A DNA stretch of 64,000 nucleotides from an uncultured Desulfatitalea sp. (GCA_963668675.2 CAXXMB010000002.1:576001-640000); one strand, 5' to 3'; counted from the stretch's first letter, positions 10,259 to 19,609 are shown. Numbers and translations are program-made. Notes: a model not told the origin generated them from the letters alone.

Positions 10259-11227
10259 TTATACGAAAACGCCTCTGACGAGGTAAGCGGTATACCCAAC
10301 GTAGCAGGCCAGGAGCGCTGCCCCTTCGAACCGGTTAATATGGCCTGGACCGCGAAAGCCATAGCCGACGGCGAACAGAGAGACCGTCAAGAGAGCCATG
10401 ACCAGTATGTCCCGCCCTAAAACCTCTGGCCCCACCTTCATCGGATGAATCGCTCCGGCGATGCCGACCACCGCCAGCGTGTTGAACAGGTTGGAACCCA
10501 ACACGTTGCCAAGAGCGAGATCGTGCTCTCCCTTTCGGGCGGCAATGATCGAAGAGGCAAGTTCCGGCAGCGACGTGCCGACGGCAACGACGGTCAGTCC
10601 GATGATCAGATCGCTGACGCCGAAACCGTGCGCGATCTCCACAGCCCCCCAGACGAGGAGACGGGAACTGACGATCAGAAGCACCAGACCGACCACCAAC
10701 CAGAAGGTGGCCCTGCGGATCGGCATGGCACGCACGGCCATCTCCTGTTCGATCTCTCTGCCAAGCGGATCGGCTTTTTTCCGCGTCCCCAGCCGGATGG
10801 TCCACGCCATCAATCCGCAGAACACCCCCAACAGAATGAAAGCGTCGAACCGGGAAATCTCCCCATCCCAGATCTGCCAGGCTGCCAGCGCCGTCATGAC
10901 GGTGAGAATGGGCAACTCCTTACGCAGCACCTGCGAATGGACGGCAATGGGACTGATCAACGCAGTGACGCCAAGGATCAAGGCGATATTGGTAATGTTG
11001 GAACCGTAAGCGTTTCCCAGCGCAATCCCCGGATTCCCCTGTAAAGCGGCCAGCGCCGAGACGACCATCTCCGGTGCGGATGTTCCGAAGCCAACGATCA
11101 CCATACCGATCAAAAGGGACGGCATGCCGAAATGGCTTGCGATGGAAGCGGAACCTTCTACAAAACGATCCGCGCTCCAGACAAGCAGTGCAAGACCAAA
11201 AGCAATGGCCAGAAATGAAGTAATCAT
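10259..11227 (-). CDS. Calcium/sodium antiporter (YrbG/CaCA family)
   Basis: Two alpha-repeats GTSAPE / GTSLPE with GNAYGSN / GNVLGSN. Confidence 0.93.
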   Translation of the reverse strand: MITSFLAIAFGLALLVWSADRFVEGSASIASHFGMPSLLIGMVIVGFGTSAPEMVVSALAALQGNPGIALGNAYGSNITNIALILGVTALISPIAVHSQVLRKELPILTVMTALAAWQIWDGEISRFDAFILLGVFCGLMAWTIRLGTRKKADPLGREIEQEMAVRAMPIRRATFWLVVGLVLLIVSSRLLVWGAVEIAHGFGVSDLIIGLTVVAVGTSLPELASSIIAARKGEHDLALGNVLGSNLFNTLAVVGIAGAIHPMKVGPEVLGRDILVMALLTVSLFAVGYGFRGPGHINRFEGAALLACYVGYTAYLVRGVFV

Positions 11228-11313
11228 GCGGCTCGTAATTTTTCAAAACGGTTGGTCAACGTCGCGATCTCCAGTAGAAAAAGTCTTTAAGAAGGCAGCC
11301 CAATAAGCCGTGG

Positions 11314-11877
11314 CTATTTGCGTTTGCCGATGGCGCGCCATCCCCCGATGGGAGAGTAGACGGGTTTCAAAACTTTGCTCATGTCGCGCGCCTGCTCGAT
11401 GACGTAAAACAGCTTCGGATCAAAGTGCTGTACTTCGGGTAATATCCACTTCAAGTCTCTGCGCCGGCAGGCGATATAGAGCTCATGAACAGGCCCCTTC
11501 ATGCCTTCGCCCTGAAATATGGTAACCGGCTGACCTTTCTCCCTCAAATGGGTGGCGATTTCCAATCCTGCCGTTCGTGTAATAACCCTGAGAATTGTGG
11601 ATCCAAAGGCCAGGATACGCTCCACCTTTATTCCCACCACATTGCCGGTGGCGTAGCCGAAGGCATAGAAGACTACCAGCAGCGGCTCATCTTTGATCTG
11701 GTTGATCACGGTGCCGGCCACGGTTACCCATATCGTAATTTCGAAGATGGCCAGGAAGAAGGCGAGAACCGTTCTTCCTTGTACCGTCACGATGGTTCGC
11801 ACCGTTCCGATGGCGACATCAAAAATACGGGCAATAAAGACGAGCCCCCCTGTCAGTAGGACGTTTGTTTCAAACAT
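11314..11877 (-). CDS. DUF2179/DUF5698 (UPF0316) membrane protein
   Basis: FIARIFDVAIGTVRTI, YAFGYATGNVVG, and a soluble C-terminal domain ending DPKLFYVIEQAR. ATG at 11877 preferred over the longer ORF. Confidence 0.8.
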   Translation of the reverse strand: MFETNVLLTGGLVFIARIFDVAIGTVRTIVTVQGRTVLAFFLAIFEITIWVTVAGTVINQIKDEPLLVVFYAFGYATGNVVGIKVERILAFGSTILRVITRTAGLEIATHLREKGQPVTIFQGEGMKGPVHELYIACRRRDLKWILPEVQHFDPKLFYVIEQARDMSKVLKPVYSPIGGWRAIGKRK

Positions 11878-12162
11878 GCTTTCTATATGCACCTCAATGA
11901 TATTAAAAAAAATCGTGCGACGGGCCACACGCACTGTGATAAGGTTCAGGCAAATATTCAAACAGCTGTAAGAATCCATTCGGCTATATCTGAAATTCCA
12001 CAACCGAACGGATGCGACATCATAATCATTCGACGCCAAAGAGTTCAAGTTAAACCCGGGGAGACTTGAAAATTTACAGCAACCCGGTTTAGTATGATGA
12101 ACAATTTCATTGGTCTTAGAAAGCCGAACGGTAGAGATGATCGCAAGGGGCGAAGAAAAAAG

Positions 12163-12672
12163 GTGATAAAGAAGGTCAGTATCATATTGCTGGTCGGCAT
12201 GCTGATGGTCATTAGCTCCGCGCCTGCATTCGCAACTGAAAAACAGGTTGTTGGCTGGGTGGAAATTGCCGCCATTTATCCCGGCAATCTGAAACTAAAA
12301 GCCAAACTGGACACGGGCGCCAGAAACTCTTCCTTGAACGTAAAAAAACTTGAGTACTTCAAGCGAGACGATCAGACCTGGGTGAAATTTGAAATACGCA
12401 ATTTCAAAGACCGTATGGAACACTATGAGGCGAAGGTCGTTAGAACTGCACAAATCAAGCGGCTCGGCCAAAAACCTGACACCCGCCAGGTTATTACGCT
12501 TGGGATATGCGTTGGAAACACGTACAAGGAAGTCGAGGTAAACCTGACAGACAGAACCGGTTTCAACTACCAAATGCTGATCGGTCGAAGCTTTCTTAAA
12601 GGATCATTCATTGTCGACCCTGAAGCGAGCTTCGTCAGCCAACCCGAATGCACGCGCCTTGATGAAAAATGA
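12163..12672 (+). CDS. Secreted RimB/RloA-like protease ('ATP-dependent zinc protease' family, retropepsin-like)
   Basis: Signal peptide (…SAPAFA), VGWVE, AKLDTGARNSS, LTDRTGFNYQMLIGRSFL. GTG start at 12163 is inferred (ORF opens at 12094). Confidence 0.88.
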   Translation: MIKKVSIILLVGMLMVISSAPAFATEKQVVGWVEIAAIYPGNLKLKAKLDTGARNSSLNVKKLEYFKRDDQTWVKFEIRNFKDRMEHYEAKVVRTAQIKRLGQKPDTRQVITLGICVGNTYKEVEVNLTDRTGFNYQMLIGRSFLKGSFIVDPEASFVSQPECTRLDEK

Positions 12673-14204
12673 ATAAAAGGCACCTGTATATACTGGCAGG
12701 TTGCCTGACAACCATAGGCCTTGCACTTTTCGTCTACAAAATCGTGGTGTTGGATTTACCCCTGATTCCCGGTGCGCGCTCCTCCATGTGGACGGTCGAA
12801 GCTCATTTCACATTTAACGCCACAGGAAAACCAATCAAGGCAGTGCTACAGGTGCCGCGCACGTCCGACCGTTATACGATCGTTAATGAAAATTTTATTG
12901 CCCACGGCTACGGGGTAGCCGTTTCCGCTGAAAAAGAGAGACGGAAAGCGACTTGGGCGATCCGAAAGGCCAAAGGCAAACAAAGCCTATATTATAAAGC
13001 GTCGGTGGTGCGTGTCGATCGGGATCTGTCTGCTATCAAGCCTTTGGAAGATATGGCGATTGAACCGAAATTCGACGGCGCTTCACTTGAAGCGGCCCGT
13101 GCGATTTTGACAGAGATTCGCGAAACGTCGGCCGACACCGAGAGCTTCATTGTCGGTCTGTTCCGTCGGTTGAACATGTCACCGGCAGACAATAATGTGG
13201 CCCTGCTAGTGGGTAAACACGCAACTGTTCAGAAAAAAATTGAGACAGTCGTTCAACTGCTGACCATGGAAGGAATCCAGATCAGGGCCGTACACGGCAT
13301 GCGCTTGGAGGACCAGCGGCGCAATGCCGACATCATTCACTGGATCGAAGCATACGAAAAAGGGCGGTGGATCCCCTATGATCTTGCCTCGGAGACGATC
13401 GGCATTCCTGAAAATTACCTGGCCTGGTGGCATGGTGAAGAGCCGTTGATTCAGGCCTTGGGGGCAAAAGATGCGCGGATCACCCTGTCGGTTGTTCGAA
13501 GTGAAGAGGCCGCCCTGCAGATGGCCGTTGAAAAAGGCGTAACAAAAGAGCCCTTTCTCCTGGATTTTTCGTTGTTGAGATTGCCTGCCCAGACCCAGGC
13601 TGTCTATCGCGTCGTGCTTCTGGTCCCTTTCGGTGTGCTGTTTCTGGTCATTCTTCGAAACGTCGTCGGCCTCCGCACCTTCGGCACCTTCATGCCGGTA
13701 TTGATCGCTTTGGCCTTCCGGGAAACTCAGCTCCTCTGGGGCATATTTCTGTTCACCTTTCTGGCCGGCGCGGGTCTCCTGATACGCCTCTATTTAGAAC
13801 ACCTGAAGCTACTGGTCGTCCCGCGCTTGGCGGCCATCTTAATTGTCGTCATTGGAATGATGGCTTTTCTCAGCGTATTGAGCAATCAACTCGGATTGCA
13901 ACGGGGGCTTTCAGTCGCTCTATTTCCAATGGTCGTCCTCTCCATGACCATTGAGCGAATGTCCATTGTCTGGGATGAACTGGGGGCTTTCGAAACCATC
14001 AAACAGGCCCTCGGCTCCATGCTTGCGGCGATCATATGCTACCTGATCATGAGCGTCGCATACATCGAACACTTGGCCTTCGTATTTCCCGAGACACTGA
14101 TGATTTTGCTGGCGGCGACGCTGCTTTTGGGCCGATATTCCGGCATGCGGCTGATGGAGCTTCACCGGTTCAAGGTACTGACCGAGATCGACAAAGATGT
14201 TTAG
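12669..14204 (+). CDS. Inactive transglutaminase fused to a 7-TM domain (RloB-like)
   Basis: N-terminal TM, soluble transglutaminase-like region lacking the catalytic Cys, then LRNVVGLRTFGTFMPVLIALAFRET and FPMVVLSMTIERMS in the 7TM part. Confidence 0.9.
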   Translation: MNKRHLYILAGCLTTIGLALFVYKIVVLDLPLIPGARSSMWTVEAHFTFNATGKPIKAVLQVPRTSDRYTIVNENFIAHGYGVAVSAEKERRKATWAIRKAKGKQSLYYKASVVRVDRDLSAIKPLEDMAIEPKFDGASLEAARAILTEIRETSADTESFIVGLFRRLNMSPADNNVALLVGKHATVQKKIETVVQLLTMEGIQIRAVHGMRLEDQRRNADIIHWIEAYEKGRWIPYDLASETIGIPENYLAWWHGEEPLIQALGAKDARITLSVVRSEEAALQMAVEKGVTKEPFLLDFSLLRLPAQTQAVYRVVLLVPFGVLFLVILRNVVGLRTFGTFMPVLIALAFRETQLLWGIFLFTFLAGAGLLIRLYLEHLKLLVVPRLAAILIVVIGMMAFLSVLSNQLGLQRGLSVALFPMVVLSMTIERMSIVWDELGAFETIKQALGSMLAAIICYLIMSVAYIEHLAFVFPETLMILLAATLLLGRYSGMRLMELHRFKVLTEIDKDV

Positions 14205-15144
14205 ACTGAGAAAAAAACTGACCGCCATAGGCGTATTGGGGCTCAATCGACGAAACACCGAATATACCCTGCGATACAACCAACGACGGCTCTATCCTCT
14301 GGTGGATGACAAGCTTCAGACCAAAAAAATCGCCCTTGACGGAGGCATCGCAGTTCCAGCGCTGTACGGTACATTGGAGACAGAGTATCAGGCCAGGCAT
14401 ATCGGATCCTTGCTCGAACCATATGCCGATTTTGCAATCAAACCTGCCAGGGGGTCGGGCGGCGAAGGGATTCTGGTCATCACCGGACGATCGAAACAGC
14501 TCTATCGAAAGGCGGACGGCACCTTGCTGCCGCCCGAGGAGATCAATTATCACCTGTTCAATATCATCAGTGGGATGTACAGTCTTGGCGGCCAACCTGA
14601 TAAAGTGCTGATCGAATACCGTGTCCAATTCGACCCCATTTTTGAGAACATCAGTTTTCAGGGCGTCCCAGACATCAGGGTCGTCGTCTTCCTTGGTGTC
14701 CCGGTCATGTCCATGGTTCGCTTGCCCACTCGCATGTCCGGGGGGAAAGCCAATTTGCATCAGGGGGCCATCGGAGCCGGCATCGATATCGGAAACGGCA
14801 CGACCCTCACTGCTGTCTGGCAAAACCGGATTGTCACTGAACATCCGGACACCGGCAACCCGGTAACGGGTGTGCAGATTCCCAACTGGGACAATCTGCT
14901 GAGGATCGCGTCCAGATGCTCGGATCTGATCGGTCTGGGATATATCGGCGTGGACCTTGTGATGGACAGGGACAAAGGCCCCTTAATGTTGGAACTGAAT
15001 GCACGTCCGGGGCTCAACATCCAGATCGCCAACCGCACCGGACTGCTGCCGAGGCTCCAGCTTGTAGAAAAACATCACCATGATCTCGCCAGTATCGAGG
15101 ATCGGCTGTCATTTTCCAAAGCGCAGTTCAAGGTCGGAAGCTGA
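14197..15144 (+). CDS. Alpha-L-glutamate ligase-like ATP-grasp protein (RimK-related, RloC-like)
   Basis: GVLGLNRRN, YPLVDDKLQTK, KPARGSGGEGI, GKANLHQGAIGAGID, LELNARPGLNIQIAN. Confidence 0.92.
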   Translation: MFRLRKKLTAIGVLGLNRRNTEYTLRYNQRRLYPLVDDKLQTKKIALDGGIAVPALYGTLETEYQARHIGSLLEPYADFAIKPARGSGGEGILVITGRSKQLYRKADGTLLPPEEINYHLFNIISGMYSLGGQPDKVLIEYRVQFDPIFENISFQGVPDIRVVVFLGVPVMSMVRLPTRMSGGKANLHQGAIGAGIDIGNGTTLTAVWQNRIVTEHPDTGNPVTGVQIPNWDNLLRIASRCSDLIGLGYIGVDLVMDRDKGPLMLELNARPGLNIQIANRTGLLPRLQLVEKHHHDLASIEDRLSFSKAQFKVGS

Positions 15145-15607
15145 GGGGCTCGATAAGGATTCGGTATAGCCCCCGCCCAGTGTACGGTAGTGGAAGATTG
15201 CGGTTACAGCAGTGACTATCTTAAGTATCCTTCGTGCCTATAATATAGCTGTTATCAGAGCAAACAAAAATTCCAAAGCACAGTCCAACCGCTTTGTTTT
15301 GCAGAATCACTTAAAAAACGTACAATCTTATATTTATTTTTCTTCTTATCCGTGTCTATAGAATTCTGCATCGATAATGACCGTCGACCGTCTTTCTACA
15401 ACAAACGAAGTTATGATTTAAAAGGATAGAACCAAGGCGTCTCTGGGTAGTGAATAAAAACGGCATCATAGCAACCAGCATGGCAGTCCTTCGTTACCGA
15501 TTCTTTATTCCTTGGGCATTGATCAAACTGCTCTTCAGGTTTTCTCCGACCATAATGTTGTTATCAAGACAGAAGCTTGAATCCCAAATTAACAGATAAT
15601 TGATATT

Positions 15608-17062
15608 ATGGAAAAAATTAGCTTTCTCATCATTTTTAGACAACTGTTCAGCTTGCGAGCGGCAGTGGACATCGTTTTGATTGCTGCCGGCATTTTTATG
15701 CTTTACCAGATACTGCTGCGATCGGGCGCCTGGAAAATCGTGACCGGCATCATTTTGGCCATCGTCTTTTTCTTTTTGGCCAGCTTGCTAAACCTGCGCG
15801 GCATCGAATGGATATACAGCAACCTAAGCCCTGTGGCGGTGATCGCCCTGATCGTCATTTTCCAACCTGAACTGCGGAAATTCCTGGAACGGGCCGCCTC
15901 CATGCGGCGCGTGGAAAAGGCGCAAGCCGGCGATGAATTGGTGGGGATCATTTCCGAATCCCTGCTGAATCTGTCGAACCTGCGCCAGGGGGCGATAGTT
16001 GTTCTGCCTGGCAAGGAGCCTGTGGAAGGCTGGGTGTCCGGCGGATTTATATTGGATGCTGCGCCGAGCTTTCCCTTGATGATGAGTATTTTCGACCCGC
16101 ACTCCCCGGGACATGACGGAGCGTTGGTCATCGACAAGGGCCGTTTTACGATTCTGGGGGGGCGTTTGCCCATTTCCCAGACCCAGAAGCTGCCGGCTGA
16201 ACTGGGCACGCGCCATCATTCTGCCATGGGCCTGGCTGAGCAGTCCGATGCGCTGGTCTTGGTCGTTTCCGAAGAGCGTGGAACGATCTCGATATTTCAG
16301 GATGGCGAGTATCAAAAATTAATCAAGAAAGAAGATATTGCAAACGCAATCCGGCGTCATTGGGAAAAAACGGCCGCGTTTCCGATGGAGCTCAACAAAC
16401 GCAATATGGAGTGGCCGGTCTTATCGAAGATGATCGTCAGTATCGTACTATCCATCGTATTCTGGATTACACTTACGGTATCCGAAGGAAAGCTCATAGA
16501 AGGGTTTGCCACGGTACCGGTGGAGTTCATCGGCGTACCGCCCAATCTTGTCCTCGTAAGTGATAAGGAAAAGCAGATCCGCGTCCATATGGCCGGCACC
16601 AAGTCCGCAATTGACAGCGTATCAGCCTCCATGCTGTCCGTAAAAATAGATCTTTCCAAAGCAGGTGCAGGCAAACAAACGTTTTTGATAACCGACGAGA
16701 GCATCGCCCTGCCGAAGGATGTGCAGTTAGTTGATATTTCACCGTCTAGCCTCGAGATCAATATGGCGGCCGTATCGGTACGCGAGGTAGAAATAAAACC
16801 TCAATTGGTAGGCACGCTTCGAGGCAAACTGAAGTTGCTGTCCGTCGATATAAAACCCAGTAAGGTCAAGGCACTGGCTCCGAATGAACAGGCAGTGGAT
16901 GAAATGATGGATGTCACAACCACACCTATTTATCTGGATAACGTGACACAAAACACAATGTTTTATTGTAAAATAATCGCCCCACCATCGATCCAGCCGC
17001 TGGACAAACGCTGGCCGGACGTGGTCGTGCGTCTCTTTGTTTCAGAAACAGGCGGTAAATAA
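15608..17062 (+). CDS. Diadenylate cyclase (CdaA-type DAC domain) fused to a TM and YbbR/CdaR-like domains
   Basis: 3 N-terminal TMs, IVIFQPELRKFLE, SPGHDGALVI, LGTRHHSAMGLAEQSDA, VVSEERGTIS, a further TM, then beta-rich YbbR-like repeats. Confidence 0.88.
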   Translation: MEKISFLIIFRQLFSLRAAVDIVLIAAGIFMLYQILLRSGAWKIVTGIILAIVFFFLASLLNLRGIEWIYSNLSPVAVIALIVIFQPELRKFLERAASMRRVEKAQAGDELVGIISESLLNLSNLRQGAIVVLPGKEPVEGWVSGGFILDAAPSFPLMMSIFDPHSPGHDGALVIDKGRFTILGGRLPISQTQKLPAELGTRHHSAMGLAEQSDALVLVVSEERGTISIFQDGEYQKLIKKEDIANAIRRHWEKTAAFPMELNKRNMEWPVLSKMIVSIVLSIVFWITLTVSEGKLIEGFATVPVEFIGVPPNLVLVSDKEKQIRVHMAGTKSAIDSVSASMLSVKIDLSKAGAGKQTFLITDESIALPKDVQLVDISPSSLEINMAAVSVREVEIKPQLVGTLRGKLKLLSVDIKPSKVKALAPNEQAVDEMMDVTTTPIYLDNVTQNTMFYCKIIAPPSIQPLDKRWPDVVVRLFVSETGGK

Positions 17063-17075
17063 AAGTACCCGGTTC

Positions 17076-17247
17076 TCTATGAAGATAAAATGAGAAGGCT
17101 GATCTCCAACGAGCTGTGGTAAAATCACGCTCAAACAAGAATACGCAGTCACCCTAAGGGCTGCATAAACCAAGGAGATCAGCCATGGAAAACGCTATCA
17201 CAATTGGTGTGGATTTGGGAGACAAGGAAGCAAGTGATAGACCATAA
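17076..17247 (+). mobile_element. IS110-family left-end relic: structured leader plus a 20-codon transposase stub
   Basis: ATG 17185 encodes MENAITIGVDLGDK…stop (17247), matching the first RuvC/DEDD strand (IGxDL) of IS110 recombinases. The leader has an 11-bp inverted repeat GGCTGATCTCC/GGAGATCAGCC enclosing two hairpins. Confidence 0.6.
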
Positions 17248-17355
17248 CCCCGGCACTGGCGGCAACCGGCGACCCGACGGCCTTTCTGGTGGCGGTCGCC
17301 GCAATTTTGCAGCTGTCGTCGAGGATACGATGGGGAGTGTTGGACTTCCGGTTTT

Positions 17356-18246
17356 TCAACCCGCCAATAGCTCCATACCGCCACGCACCAGTTGCTGCGA
17401 GAACTTCTCCAACAGTTTTGATTTTAGATTCCAGCAATGCCAATACAGTTCCACCGGGACACTATAACCCGGCGCCAGATCAACCAGTTTACCCTTGCGA
17501 ACATAAGGTTGGCTCTGCTGCAATGGCAACATGCCGTAGCCAAGCCCCAAAACGATGGCATCGGCAAATTTCTCAGACGATGGGATATAGCTGGCCGGGA
17601 TTGGAGCGGGCACCTCTCCAAGGGCTCGGAGGAAAAGCTTTTGATGCAATTCATCCTTACGGTTGAAAATGATTGCAGGTGCATTGCAAGCGTCTGCCAC
17701 CGCAAGCCCATCAGGAAACCATCGGCGGGCAAATTCAGGTGCAGCGTACATCTGGTAATTCATGCGTCCGATAACATCGATTCGACACCCTTGAATCGGT
17801 TTTTCCTGGGTACTGATACACCCTATAACTTCACCATCCTTCAACAGTCGATGCGTCTGCTCTTGATCCTCGGTTCGAATGTCGAGCAATACCCGCTTTT
17901 CTATTAAAAAGGGATGGACGGCCTCCAGAAGCCATGTGGCGAGACTGTCTGCGTTGATTCCCACTGCAAGCGAAGTAAACCTCTTGCTGCCGACGTTACC
18001 GGTCTCATTTAGCAGATCGTCTTCCAAGCGCTTGACTTGCTGGTAATGTTTCAACAACTTGCGGCCCGGTGGCGTTGCCAGGGGAGGCGTGGTTCTGGAC
18101 AACAAGATCTGCCCCATTTGCTCTTCGAGCAATTTGACCCGCTGGGAAACTGCCGATTGTGTGATGTTAAGTGTTCCGGCAGCTTTTTCGAAGCCACCTT
18201 CCCGGACGACCATTGCCAGGGCTTGGATGAGCTTATAATCAAACAT
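17356..18246 (-). CDS. argP: LysR-family regulator ArgP/LysG
   Basis: GGFEKAAGTLNITQSAVSQRVKLLEE, INADSLATW, LYWHCWNL. Divergent from a LysE exporter. Confidence 0.92.
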   Translation of the reverse strand: MFDYKLIQALAMVVREGGFEKAAGTLNITQSAVSQRVKLLEEQMGQILLSRTTPPLATPPGRKLLKHYQQVKRLEDDLLNETGNVGSKRFTSLAVGINADSLATWLLEAVHPFLIEKRVLLDIRTEDQEQTHRLLKDGEVIGCISTQEKPIQGCRIDVIGRMNYQMYAAPEFARRWFPDGLAVADACNAPAIIFNRKDELHQKLFLRALGEVPAPIPASYIPSSEKFADAIVLGLGYGMLPLQQSQPYVRKGKLVDLAPGYSVPVELYWHCWNLKSKLLEKFSQQLVRGGMELLAG

Positions 18247-18254
18247 GGCCAATT

Positions 18255-18269
18255 ATTAGCAAAACTTAT
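18255..18269. promoter_or_regulatory. LysR-type T-N11-A box (ATTAG-N5-CTTAT) between argP and lysE/argO
   Basis: Imperfect dyad ATTAGCAAAACTTAT in an AT-rich divergent promoter. Confidence 0.5.
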
Positions 18270-18356
18270 GTATACTTAAAACATTTAATTTTACTTTTAA
18301 TCCTGCATGAACTACCTCCACCATGTTTGTGACCATATCAGATCAAAAGGAAAATA

Positions 18357-18974
18357 ATGATGTTAACACCGTTTATCCATGGTTTCGGCACAGGTGGGGG
18401 ACTGATCGTTGCGATTGGGGCACAGAACGCCTTTGTATTAACACAGGGTGTACGCGGAAATTACCATGTGACCATCGCATTGATTTGCATTCTATGTGAT
18501 GCCGTCTTCATCACGGCCGGGGTTGCCGGTTTCGGGGCGGCTGTCGCCTCCAATCCAGCTCTTTCGCAATGGGTGGCGTGGGGAGGCGCAGGATTTCTAC
18601 TTTTCTATGGATGGGGATCGCTTCGTTCTGCCATACGAGGGGGCACGCTTGGCACGAGCGACCCATCCGCAAAATCCTTGAGAAGCGTCATTATGACTAC
18701 CTTTGCGGTTACATTGCTAAATCCGCACTTTTATCTCGACACGGTTGTTCTTTTAGGCGGCGTGAGCAGTCAATTCTCCGGAGAAAACCGTTTGCTGTTT
18801 TGGGCCGGGGCGGTTTGCGCTTCGACCATATGGTTTATCTCTTTGAGTCTTGGGGGACGGGTACTCGCCCCCTTGTTCACGAGAAAGTTATCTTGGCGAA
18901 TTCTCGATAGCCTTGTGTGTGCCACAATGTTGACGATAGCCGTCTCTCTGATCGTGCATGGAATCTCCATCTGA
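18357..18974 (+). CDS. argO: LysE/ArgO family amino-acid exporter
   Basis: LIVAIGAQNAFVL, TLLNPHFYLDTVVLLG, WRILD motifs. Confidence 0.92.
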   Translation: MMLTPFIHGFGTGGGLIVAIGAQNAFVLTQGVRGNYHVTIALICILCDAVFITAGVAGFGAAVASNPALSQWVAWGGAGFLLFYGWGSLRSAIRGGTLGTSDPSAKSLRSVIMTTFAVTLLNPHFYLDTVVLLGGVSSQFSGENRLLFWAGAVCASTIWFISLSLGGRVLAPLFTRKLSWRILDSLVCATMLTIAVSLIVHGISI

Positions 18975-19011
18975 GTAAATCCGACCCTTATCGTAGCCCC
19001 TATTCCCATTA

Positions 19012-19308
19012 TTGCTTAACGACGATGCAATGACCCAAAGGCAGCTTGGCGAACGGCTATATCTCGAAAAGTCCAGTGTGAGTCGTCTTGTAAACGGACT
19101 TGAGCGGCGTGGCTGGGTTGTGCGTGCGAAGTTCTCTGGCGACAACAGGCACAAAATAGTTTCGGCAACGCCAAAGGCGCTGGAAACGGCAGAGCAATGC
19201 GCAGTCATCGCGAGGGCCATCCTTAAGAAGGCACAACTCGGAATGACCGAAGATGAACAGTTGCTCTGTAGATCGTTTCTGGCTAGAATAATAGAGAACC
19301 TTGGATAG
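19012..19308 (+). pseudogene. MarR-family regulator, N-terminally truncated
   Basis: MTQRQLGERLYLEKSSVSRLVNGLERRGWV…DNR wHTH. In-frame TAG at 18994 leaves no room for the first helices, and there is no RBS. Confidence 0.65.
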
Positions 19309-19470
19309 CTCGTGATATGAAACTAAGATTATACGATATAGTAGTATGCACAACACAATGAATGCAAATTTATGGCATATGTAATAATATCGTTCTCGCT
19401 TGTATTTCGTTCCGCGGCTGTCCGGCGTTTGCCAGGTGCTGTCACATCTATACGCCACAGGACGCCAGGG

Positions 19471-19560
19471 TATTAACCCGGCAATTAATTACCTTAGCAA
19501 TCGTCATTCCGGCGCAGGCCGGAATGACAAGGGTTGGCCTATTTAATTGCCGGGTTAATA
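19471..19560. repeat. MITE-like element with 18-bp perfect terminal inverted repeats and an internal REP-like hairpin
   Basis: TATTAACCCGGCAATTAA…TTAATTGCCGGGTTAATA, internal GTCATTCCGGC-GCAG-GCCGGAATGAC. Confidence 0.85.
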
Positions 19561-19609
19561 AAATAATGTGCGACTCCGACTGTCTCACCTAAAAAGGAGG
19601 AAAAATACC

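Noticed and set aside
11878..12048. N-terminal extensions in the ORF track (e.g. 11314..12048, 21154..21831, 21962..23917, 19568..20455)
   Set aside because: Downstream starts have better RBSs or match where family similarity begins.
15145..15607. Searched for a c-di-AMP (ydaO) riboswitch, an attC site or a small ORF upstream of the cyclase
   Set aside because: AT-rich, with no matching conserved motifs and no convincing ORF with an RBS.
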